From assembly GCA_964508365.1 (NCBI GenBank), contig CAZDTP010000047.1, positions 1 to 28,387 on the forward strand: a stretch of 28,387 nucleotides of DNA, read 5' to 3'. The position numbers and the translations under genes were made by a program. Shown here piece after piece: positions 1 to 7,608 of the stretch. How positions within the stretch are numbered: the stretch's first letter is position 1; each line of letters starts with the position of its first letter. Origin of the DNA: an uncultured archaeon. Its GTDB lineage: Archaea; Asgardarchaeota; Lokiarchaeia; Sigyniarchaeales; SOKP01. A model generated the notes under the pieces. The model was not told the DNA's origin and did not search any database. It saw only the letters and a list, made by a program, of their open reading frames with translations.

Positions 1-1
1 C

Positions 2-1162
2 CCAAATAGTGGAGATAGTTCCTCGGCTGTAGCATTAGCAACTAGTGATAGATATTCACCCCCTCCTATCTTAGAAGCTATTGCCAATTATACCTTAGAT
101 TATAATGAGCATAAAGAGCGAGGTAGTATTGATATTGAAGATGGTCCAACTTATGGTTTTGGGTATACAAGCGAAGATGATCTAATGTTCTGGTGGCCAA
201 TGTCAACTTTGGCTGCTGGTCCTGTAATTGAATCTACATTAGGTTTAATAGATACTTATGATATTGATCCCAACTTAGTTTTTGAGGATGAATTGTTAGT
301 AGATCTTTTGAAATTTGCTGCAGATTTATATGGAATATCATTAAGTGAAGTTTGCACATTTCTAAAAGAAGCGACTCAAGGGGTTGCTCTTGAAGAAGTA
401 AACACCTATACATATCGAACACCTTATTATCAGCTTTCAGGAGCCCAAGATCATCAAAAAGGGCTTATGGGGATGCAAGAAAATATTTGGCAAGCAAGTT
501 TAGATGAATATGCTACAGTATTTACAAATTCACATGGAGGATTTACAGGTGAAGACCATGTGGGGGGTTTTAAACCTCGTGCCACCCTTTATAAGAATGT
601 TGGTGTAATTCAATATGACCGTCTTTCGCAGTCCTTAATATTAGAATTAGTTTACGCCATACTTGAATTCAAGGATATTACTCAAGCTTATTTCCCTCGA
701 TGGGCTTTTAATGAAGTAGTACAGCAAGATAAATGGACTTTTGGAAGAAGGTTAGACAGTTATGTTGCTTTATATTCATATGAAGGCACAGAATGGGAAG
801 AAGATATATTTCTTACATCACAAGGGAAAAAGAACGCATACATCGTTGAATTGGGCAGTGTGGATGACTATGGTTCATTTACCAATTTTACTTCGTCAAT
901 ATTAGCTACAAGAGTAGATGTGAAGCATTTACCCGTTGGATATAGTATCGAATATGTATCTCCTACTCAAGGATTGGTGACTGTGACATGGGATGGACCT
1001 ATGAATGTAAAAGGTGCGCCAGTTGATTTAGGATCCTACGCAAGATTTGATAATGATTTCTGTTATCAAGATTTTAATACTCTGAAAACAACAATTCAAT
1101 ATGGGAGGATGACATTGGAATTAGATTTTGAGAACGCTACGAGAACATATACTGAAATATAA
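2..1162 (+). CDS. 5'-truncated uncharacterised protein, possibly with a polysaccharide-lyase (heparinase II/III-like) C-terminal fold
   Basis: The frame of ORF 185..1162 is open back to base 2 (PNSGDSSSAVALATSDRY...), so the gene starts outside the window. Motifs YRTPxYxLSxAQD, QxxIWQAxL and AYFPxxAFxEV...WxFGRRxDxYVALYS match a conserved bacterial hypothetical family as I recall it. The fold assignment is inference. Confidence 0.55.
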   Translation, partial: PNSGDSSSAVALATSDRYSPPPILEAIANYTLDYNEHKERGSIDIEDGPTYGFGYTSEDDLMFWWPMSTLAAGPVIESTLGLIDTYDIDPNLVFEDELLVDLLKFAADLYGISLSEVCTFLKEATQGVALEEVNTYTYRTPYYQLSGAQDHQKGLMGMQENIWQASLDEYATVFTNSHGGFTGEDHVGGFKPRATLYKNVGVIQYDRLSQSLILELVYAILEFKDITQAYFPRWAFNEVVQQDKWTFGRRLDSYVALYSYEGTEWEEDIFLTSQGKKNAYIVELGSVDDYGSFTNFTSSILATRVDVKHLPVGYSIEYVSPTQGLVTVTWDGPMNVKGAPVDLGSYARFDNDFCYQDFNTLKTTIQYGRMTLELDFENATRTYTEI

Positions 1163-1181
1163 ATAAAACAATAACAAAAAG

Positions 1182-2063
1182 GTGAGAAAAATATCGGTAA
1201 AAAATTATATTTGTAACCTGAAACCAGTGATTTGGATTAAAAGTATTTTTATGGTACTCATTGGATTAGAGACGACTCGATTCGGTGTCGGTATAGGTAG
1301 AGTTAATGCAAATATCTATTTCGGTTCAATTATTTTCGTTTTAATGGCTATATCAGGAATGTTGGTACCATTAGTTCTAAAATATACGCATAAGGAAGGC
1401 AAAAACAGGAGATTTGATTATATAAAGACAGTAAGCATAATTTGTGCTTCATTTTTCGGTGTTGCGTTCGGCTTAGCCATATACTATACAATAATTTACA
1501 ACCTCGAAACTCTGAGCCTCTTTTTATTGGCATTTCTTGGAATTATCTGGTTTCTTTCTATATATTACGGTAAAAATTGGAAATATAAGGGTATTTTGGG
1601 AAATATCATAATGAGCTTGGCGTTTTTATTCGGTTTAATTTATGGAGCATCTCTCAACAATACTCTAATACCTGCAATTATCTATTTGTTTTTTGGAGCA
1701 GCTTTTTTACTCCAAATCTCCAAAGATTTGATAAATGACTGTAAATATATTGAAAGAGACAATAGAGAAGGTTATCAGTCTTTTGCTAATACAATCGGGG
1801 AAGAAAAAGCTCAAAAACTTTCATTGATTTTAGATTTAGTAGTAATTCTCTTTTTGATCATTCCTATATTCCCAGAATTTCCAAATATTATCGGTCAAAC
1901 ACTATACACAATTTTAATCATTATAACGATTATTTTTATTGGTATTGCGGCTTTATTAACCTTTAGAATGAACTCAGAAAGAAAATACTATAGGATAGTA
2001 AAGTTATTATTAAGATGTGGAATGTTCCTAATATTCACTGCATTCATATTAGCTAATTTTTAA
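1182..2063 (+). CDS. UbiA-family prenyltransferase-like membrane protein (DGGGP synthase-like) with degenerate Asp-rich motifs
   Basis: GTG start, about 8-9 hydrophobic segments, YGKNWKYKGILGNII and KDLINDCKYIERDNREGYQSFANTIGEEKA, which resembles the UbiA/DGGGPS second motif (KDxEDxEGD...TLP). The first NDxxDxxxD motif is absent. Confidence 0.7.
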   Translation: MRKISVKNYICNLKPVIWIKSIFMVLIGLETTRFGVGIGRVNANIYFGSIIFVLMAISGMLVPLVLKYTHKEGKNRRFDYIKTVSIICASFFGVAFGLAIYYTIIYNLETLSLFLLAFLGIIWFLSIYYGKNWKYKGILGNIIMSLAFLFGLIYGASLNNTLIPAIIYLFFGAAFLLQISKDLINDCKYIERDNREGYQSFANTIGEEKAQKLSLILDLVVILFLIIPIFPEFPNIIGQTLYTILIIITIIFIGIAALLTFRMNSERKYYRIVKLLLRCGMFLIFTAFILANF

Positions 2064-2071
2064 ATTTAATC

Positions 2072-2084
2072 TTTTTTCTTTTTT
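2072..2084 (+). terminator. oligo-T tract, candidate archaeal terminator
   Basis: TTTTTTCTTTTTT lies 9 nt after the stop of 1182..2063. Confidence 0.4.
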
Positions 2085-2214
2085 GATAGCATTAATGGGT
2101 CAATTAGACTTTAATTGATTAAATATTAATTAGTAGAACCTCTATAATCTTTATTTCATTGAGGGATTTGTTTTAATTACATAAAAAAAAAGAGATTTTA
2201 AATTTTATTTGTGT

Positions 2215-2508
2215 TTAAGTACCACGTGCGGCATTTGTAAACCCTAATATTTTTCCACAGAAAGGACAATGATACATTTGTTTAAACGACCCTATACCTT
2301 CACCTAAAAATCCTCTAGCACGCTTTTGACCCTTTTTATCTATTTCAATTACATAAAAATCATGTAAGTGAAGTTATTTTTCGCAGTATGGACATTTAGG
2401 GCTTATTCGAGGATGTAAAGTAAAATCAAATCCGCATTTGGGACAGATTTGATCACCTATCTCTACGTCCCTTCCACATTCTTCACATCCTTTATGAAAA
2501 AAAGCCAT
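2215..2508 (-). pseudogene. 97-codon zinc-ribbon protein with four CxxC motifs, interrupted by an in-frame TAA
   Basis: Manual translation: MAFFHKGCEECGRDVEIGDQICPKCGFDFTLHPRISPKCPYCEK*LHLHDFYVIEIDKKGQKRARGFLGEGIGSFKQMYHCPFCGKILGFTNAARGT*. The internal stop is at 2376-2374, and a GAGTGA RBS-like site lies upstream. It is missing from the ORF track. Confidence 0.7.
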
Positions 2509-2806
2509 AATTCACTCAATTTATTTTACATTATATTAAATTTCGCAATATTCTATTTAATATAAAGACGATCTCGTTTAAATAGATATCATAGGAAACT
2601 TAGCTTATTCCTATAAGAGGACTTCTTTTTAAGTGAGTGGTTTGTATATAAAAATATAGTAAAAAGGTCTAAAAAATAATTCATAAATATTTTTATAGAA
2701 TTGTTTTCTTACTATTATGTGTAAATCCTAAAAGATTAATAATATTCAACACAGACCATTTGGTTAAAAAAAAAATTGAAAAAACAAAAATATAGGAGAA
2801 AAAGCA

Positions 2807-3511
2807 ATGGAAAAGCCTAAAAAAATAGTTATACTAATTATTTGTTCTTTAATCCCCTTAATATTTACAGCGACAATTCCATATATAATCCCTGCAAAAT
2901 TAGATATGAACTCAACAAAGAATAACGATCATAGTTGGACTGGTGAAATTAAATTATATGTTATAACTTTGGAAGAAGGATCTCAATATACAATTGATGT
3001 AGATACGAATCCCTTTTGGGGTATGGATGTATCATTAAGAATAGGAGAAACACCTTATATGATAAACGGATTTTCAGTTGATAGCGGCTCATCTACAGGA
3101 GAAACAATGCATTTTACACCATCAAAAACTGGAGATTATTATATTCAAATGAAAAGTATTTCAGGTTCAGGTTTTTTTGATATAAGTGTAAACTCAGGGA
3201 CAATAGGTTCAGCTACAGGCGCGAATGAAGAATTTTTTGACTTTTTATACATATTGGTTCTCATTTTGCCTAGTGTGGCAATCGTCGCCTTGGGATTACT
3301 AGTCATGAAAAGACGAGCTTCATATACTGAAAGAATACGTACCGTTAATATTTATAAGAGGGTAAAAAAGGAAGAGAGTGATGTTTTAGTTAATAAAGAA
3401 GAGAAAGATGACATAGCAAAAAAAGGAGATATGAGGATATGCGAATTCTGTGGAGTAGAGATTAATAAATTCCTAAAAAAATGCCCAAACTGCCATACAT
3501 CTCTAGAATAA
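2807..3511 (+). CDS. membrane protein: N-terminal signal/TM, PPC-like beta domain, second TM, C-terminal double-CxxC zinc ribbon
   Basis: AGGAG RBS, hydrophobic N-terminus, beta-rich TFTPSKTGDYYIQM-like segment, TM FLYILVLILPSVAIVALGLLVM, and CEFC...CPNC at the C-terminus. Confidence 0.7.
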   Translation: MEKPKKIVILIICSLIPLIFTATIPYIIPAKLDMNSTKNNDHSWTGEIKLYVITLEEGSQYTIDVDTNPFWGMDVSLRIGETPYMINGFSVDSGSSTGETMHFTPSKTGDYYIQMKSISGSGFFDISVNSGTIGSATGANEEFFDFLYILVLILPSVAIVALGLLVMKRRASYTERIRTVNIYKRVKKEESDVLVNKEEKDDIAKKGDMRICEFCGVEINKFLKKCPNCHTSLE

Positions 3512-3563
3512 AGTCTTTTTTCAAAAATTTTTATTGAAGTTATAAAAATATCTTAGCTTAACT

Positions 3564-4802
3564 TCATTTGCTTAATTTTCTTTTCCTTATATTTCTTTCT
3601 AAATCATCAGGCTCAATTGTCATTTTTTGACCACTCAATAAGGCTGAAACACCAATTTGCTTTTCACAATCTTCACAATGACACTCTGGTATGTAATTCG
3701 TAGGTTCTTCATAGGTAGTAATAACACCTTCAAAGTTCCTCAAAACAACTCGAGAGTTACCTTGAGAGATTGTGTAATCTGGCATAACGGGAATCTTACC
3801 TCCTCCACCAGGTGCATCAACGACAAATGTAGGGACGCATAAACCAGATGTATGTCCTCTTAAACCTTCGATTATTTCAATACCTTGCGCCACACTAGTT
3901 CTAAAATGCCCTAGTCCAACTGATAAATCGCATTGATAAATATAATACGGACGAACACGAATTTTTACTAATTCATGAACTAGTTTTTTCATCACATGTA
4001 TGCAATCATTTACTCCTCTTAATAAAACCGACTGATTTCCAAGTGGAATACCTGCATTTGCTAGCATTTCACACGCTCTCTTAGAGTCTTCAGTGATTTC
4101 ATTCGGATGGTTGAAGTGAGTGTTAAACCATACGGGGTGATATTGTTTAAGCATCTCGCATAATTCAGGAGTAATTCTTTGTGGCATAACAACTGGACTT
4201 CTAGAACCTAACCGAACGATTTCCACATGCGAGATTTCCTTTAGGCTTATCAAGATGTCCTCTAATAATTTATCTGAGATAAGCATCGCATCTCCTCCCG
4301 ATAATAAGACATCCCTAATTGAAGAGGTCTCTTGGATATATTCTAAGCATTTTTCTATTTGATCCTTCGGAGGAGCTTTATCATGATGGCCCGCGAATCG
4401 TCTCCGAGTGCAGTGTCTACAGTACATAGAACAGTTTTCCGTAACTAAAAATAAAACTCGATCGGGATATCTATGAGTTAAACCAGGAGTGGGACTATCA
4501 ACCTCTTCGTGAAGAGGATCTTCTAAATCACCTGGGTATCTAATGAGCTCGTGTATTGTAGGAATTGCTTGTTTCCGGATAGGATCGTATGGATCATGTG
4601 GATCGATTAATGATAAATAATAGGGGGTGATAGCCATTCTCATCTTTTCCAAGATACTAGGATCATCTTCTTCCTTGGTTAAAGGAATGAATTCTTTGAG
4701 ATCTTCGAGAGTAGTTATCCTATTCCTAAATTGCCATCTCCAGTTATTCCAATCTTCATCGCTTACTTTCCCAAATAGTTCCATTCGTCTATTTACTTTC
4801 AT
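3564..4802 (-). CDS. kamA: lysine 2,3-aminomutase (radical SAM, PLP)
   Basis: DWNNWRWQFRNRI, MAITPYY, THRYPDRVL, CSMYCRHCTRRR (CxxxCxxC), LLSGGDA, PGGGGKIP (PLP Lys) and a C-terminal CHCEDC Zn motif. kdd, kce and kal are nearby. Confidence 0.96.
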   Translation of the reverse strand: MKVNRRMELFGKVSDEDWNNWRWQFRNRITTLEDLKEFIPLTKEEDDPSILEKMRMAITPYYLSLIDPHDPYDPIRKQAIPTIHELIRYPGDLEDPLHEEVDSPTPGLTHRYPDRVLFLVTENCSMYCRHCTRRRFAGHHDKAPPKDQIEKCLEYIQETSSIRDVLLSGGDAMLISDKLLEDILISLKEISHVEIVRLGSRSPVVMPQRITPELCEMLKQYHPVWFNTHFNHPNEITEDSKRACEMLANAGIPLGNQSVLLRGVNDCIHVMKKLVHELVKIRVRPYYIYQCDLSVGLGHFRTSVAQGIEIIEGLRGHTSGLCVPTFVVDAPGGGGKIPVMPDYTISQGNSRVVLRNFEGVITTYEEPTNYIPECHCEDCEKQIGVSALLSGQKMTIEPDDLERNIRKRKLSK

Positions 4803-4804
4803 GA

Positions 4805-4838
4805 TAGTTACAAGAAACCTTATTTACTATTGTAACTA
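4805..4838. repeat. perfect 9-bp inverted repeat (TAGTTACAA-N16-TTGTAACTA) directly upstream of kamA
   Basis: Arms read directly at 4805-4813 and 4830-4838, starting 3 nt from the kamA ATG. Confidence 0.7.
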
Positions 4839-4913
4839 ATTTTTTTTATTTGTTAAAGTTTAGGAGTTTGAGGGAGAACATCCCCGTGTTAAAAGATATA
4901 TGATTGTTTTAAT

Positions 4914-6026
4914 TTGAATTTATTAATTAACGAGATTATTTCTAAAATGAATTCAGCACAAAATAGAACAACTGTTAAAGGGTTGCAAGGTAATGATGAA
5001 ATTCAGTTTTTAGATAGATGCCGTAATTTTCCAAATCTAGTCATAACTTCTCATCTTAATTCTCCACAAGAGGGTTTTGAGTATATTTTTGAAAAACTTG
5101 GGGATCCAGAATCAAAAAAGAAAGGTCCATCTATGATGCAGATGAGAGGACGACGCGGAATGCTTCGATTCTTTCGTGTTTTTATAAAATATGGACGCAA
5201 GTTAATGAGAGGAAGAAAAAAATCCTATGACGATTTGGAACCCTATCTCTTAGATTTAGAGCAAAATGGAAAGTATACCGGTAGAACTAAGGTCGAAGAA
5301 CTGTTAAATTCTTATCCGAACAAAGAACTATGGTTCAAACTTCAAGAGTATGCAAAAAACAAATGGAATATCCATAAAATTGGTTTCACAGAATTGCCTA
5401 CAGAACTGATCTTTAGAAACAAAATGGTTTTATTTCGATATGCTCTTGTTTTCATGCAAGAAATGAATAAAGATAAGATTGATAAGGCTCCAGGAATCAA
5501 AGCTGGTGACGAGACTATACGAATTTATGCTGAATTGGGTGAAGCGGTTGCAGATATTGCAAATTGGCTTCGATCGAAAGGAATAAGATCTCAAGCAGTT
5601 CATCCGTTAGGTGGACTTGTATGTACACCACCCCTCGCGGGAAAAGCGGGAATGGGTGGACAGGGCATGCATGGACTTTTAATTACACCAGAATTTGGTC
5701 CACGTCAACGATTAGCTCCCATATTCATTGAAGGAAGGTTGTTTGAGTATACTGATAATGATGAACATGAATGGATTGAGGAATATTGTAACACATGCCG
5801 AATTTGCCAAAAAGAGTGCCCTGTTGATGCTATTCTTGATGAAAAGATTATCTCAGTTGAAAATATACCGGGAATCGGAGCATTAAGATCTTGTATAGAA
5901 AGAGAAAAATGCTTTCCATATTTTGGAAAAACAATAGGATGTTCAATTTGTGTAAAAGTATGCCCATTTTCAAATGGTTCAGAAACTTATGAGAAACTAA
6001 AAAACATAATTGTTCAAAAGGAATAA
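4914..6026 (+). CDS. reductive dehalogenase / epoxyqueuosine reductase-like cobalamin-dependent 2x[4Fe-4S] protein
   Basis: PLAGKAGMGGQGMHGLLITPEFGPRQRL, CNTCRICQKECPVDAI and CIEREKC...CSICVKVCPF. No Tat signal. The start could be TTG 4914 or ATG 4947. Confidence 0.75.
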   Translation: MNLLINEIISKMNSAQNRTTVKGLQGNDEIQFLDRCRNFPNLVITSHLNSPQEGFEYIFEKLGDPESKKKGPSMMQMRGRRGMLRFFRVFIKYGRKLMRGRKKSYDDLEPYLLDLEQNGKYTGRTKVEELLNSYPNKELWFKLQEYAKNKWNIHKIGFTELPTELIFRNKMVLFRYALVFMQEMNKDKIDKAPGIKAGDETIRIYAELGEAVADIANWLRSKGIRSQAVHPLGGLVCTPPLAGKAGMGGQGMHGLLITPEFGPRQRLAPIFIEGRLFEYTDNDEHEWIEEYCNTCRICQKECPVDAILDEKIISVENIPGIGALRSCIEREKCFPYFGKTIGCSICVKVCPFSNGSETYEKLKNIIVQKE

Positions 6027-6055
6027 TAATAATAGACCCAGATTAAGTTTGGAAA

Positions 6056-7096
6056 TTAGTTTACATATTTTTCCTCAAATATTTTTCTTAGTTTTTCAGA
6101 TTCCCTTAATAAGTCTAAAGTAATTTTTGCATGATTTTTAGTATACCCATTGCCTATAATCATTGTTACATCCTTTCCTATTCCTTCAGCTCCCAAAGCG
6201 GCTTTTGTAAAACTTGTAGCCATTGAAAAGAAATACACAATGCCTTTATCTTTCACTGGGAGAATTGAAGATAATTCCGAATTAGGTATGCTTAAACAAT
6301 TGATGGCTATATCCACTTCTCTTCCATCGTTAATTTTAAGAGTTTCGTCTAAAACATTTGTGGGATTTAATACATCTGCGATAATAATTTGGTGACAAAA
6401 TTTGGATTCTCTAAGAAATTCGGCTCTCAATTCATTTCTTGCTTGTCCTATTACCTTTCCATCGGTTCCCACCATTTTTTTAGCCATATATGAACACATA
6501 AGTCCCGATTTTCCCGTAGCACCAAGAATTAGAACTGTATCACCTTCTTTCACGAGATTTTTTACTTGTGCTGGAGCTCCAGCAACATCAAGTGCCGCTA
6601 ATGCTAATGTATCTTCCATATCTGCGGGTAATTTAGCATAAATACCACTTTCAAAAAGGATGGCCTTTCCCTCGATCTCTACTCGATCGATATCAGGATT
6701 AATATTTAAAATTCTTTCAATTTTAAGAGGGGTTAATGAGAGAGAAACTAGTGATGCGATTTTATCTCCTACTTTTAAATCTATCTTATCCAGCAGGTCA
6801 TTACCAATCTTCTCTACTTTTCCAATAAGCATGCCACCTGAACCAGTAACTGGATTTTGCATTTTACCCCGTTCATGTACAATCTCCAAGATTTTAGTCT
6901 TTATTTTTTCTATGTCTCCCCCCGCTTCTTCTTTTAATTGATTAAAACTTGCAGAATCAATATTCAAATAATCAACATCAATTAAAATCTCATTATCGAA
7001 TATAGTCATATCATTTGATATTTTAAACGCTGGTTGAGGAAGTGTTCCCTTAGGCTCAATTACCCTATGCGTTCCATACTTATTTCCTTTTACCAT
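6056..7096 (-). CDS. kdd: L-erythro-3,5-diaminohexanoate dehydrogenase
   Basis: KGNKYGTHRVIEPKGTLPQPA, LNIDSASF, GKMQNPVTGSGGML, ASLVSLSLTPL, LDVAGAPAQ, FFSMATSF and IIGNGY are hallmark Kdd motifs. Confidence 0.95.
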   Translation of the reverse strand: MVKGNKYGTHRVIEPKGTLPQPAFKISNDMTIFDNEILIDVDYLNIDSASFNQLKEEAGGDIEKIKTKILEIVHERGKMQNPVTGSGGMLIGKVEKIGNDLLDKIDLKVGDKIASLVSLSLTPLKIERILNINPDIDRVEIEGKAILFESGIYAKLPADMEDTLALAALDVAGAPAQVKNLVKEGDTVLILGATGKSGLMCSYMAKKMVGTDGKVIGQARNELRAEFLRESKFCHQIIIADVLNPTNVLDETLKINDGREVDIAINCLSIPNSELSSILPVKDKGIVYFFSMATSFTKAALGAEGIGKDVTMIIGNGYTKNHAKITLDLLRESEKLRKIFEEKYVN

Positions 7097-7280
7097 ATGA
7101 CATTCTCCATCTATTTCTTCGAGGATTATTATTATAGAATTTAAACTAACTTAAGAATCGTTAGAATTATAATTTTTTCAAAATAGCTAATCTGAATTGA
7201 AAATTAGTAGTAAAATTATAATTCGACGAGGATTCATAATAAACAAAGATGATAAGAAATAACTTAAAACTGTCTAATGC

Positions 7281-7293
7281 AAAACTTTTTTAG
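7281..7293 (+). promoter_or_regulatory. candidate BRE/TATA element for the his leader transcript
   Basis: AAAACTTTTTTAG lies about 85 nt upstream of ATG 7376. The region is AT-rich, so specificity is low. Confidence 0.25.
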
Positions 7294-7375
7294 TTTACAG
7301 TGCATAGGATACTTAATAGAATAAATGTTAGCTAGTTTAGCTATCTCTAGAATAAAAACTCAATAGTGAATTGAT

Positions 7376-7522
7376 ATGGCTTTTCTAAAAAGGGAAGGAG
7401 TTAATCTATTGAGTTTAATCTTTGTTGATGGGTCAAATAACACTATTGTTATTAGATCGGATGATGTTAAGAATTTTCCTTTACTTTTTTCACATCTACA
7501 TCATCATCTACATCATAAATAA
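7376..7522 (+). CDS. putative His leader peptide (HisL-like uORF), 48 aa from ATG 7376 or 37 aa from TTG 7409
   Basis: MAFLKREGVNLLSLIFVDGSNNTIVIRSDDVKNFPLLFSHLHHHLHHK*. Six CAT His codons fall in eight codons (7493-7516) just before the TAA. AAGGAG (7395-7400) is 8 nt before TTG 7409. The stop is 86 nt upstream of hisIE. Confidence 0.75.
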   Translation: MAFLKREGVNLLSLIFVDGSNNTIVIRSDDVKNFPLLFSHLHHHLHHK

Positions 7523-7603
7523 TTCTGATGAATTAGGGTAGAATACTTACTCGAATATTCATTGGAATTGAATCGAACTGAAATCTAATTCAGTTTTGGG
7601 GGT
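7501..7603 (+). promoter_or_regulatory. putative attenuator with alternative RNA helices
   Basis: 7501-7506/7526-7531 (TCATCA/TGATGA); 7529-7537/7584-7592 (8 WC + 1 GU); 7575-7582/7589-7596 hairpin followed by TTTT and then the GGGGGT RBS of hisIE. The last two helices share 7589-7592 and are mutually exclusive. Confidence 0.6.
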
Positions 7604-7608
7604 ATTTT

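Noticed and set aside
2374-2376. Selenocysteine or pyrrolysine recoding of the internal stop
   Set aside because: The codon is TAA, not TGA or TAG, and the position is not a Cys site.
2550-2615. Small hairpins in the 2508-2807 intergenic region (e.g. ATAGGAA/TTCCTAT) as a possible ncRNA
   Set aside because: The stems are short and AT-rich, with no tRNA or riboswitch signature, and are expected by chance.
3564-4802. EF-P beta-lysylation protein EpmB instead of KamA
   Set aside because: The full length, C-terminal Zn-Cys motif and linkage to kdd/kce/kal fit catabolic KamA.
7461-7541. Alternative leader frame from ATG ATG 7461 giving an Ile/Tyr-rich peptide (MMLRIFLYFFHIYIIIYII...)
   Set aside because: It is a shifted reading of the same CAT repeats, has no clear RBS, and Ile has no link to the downstream his operon. 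It is not fully excluded as a competing uORF.
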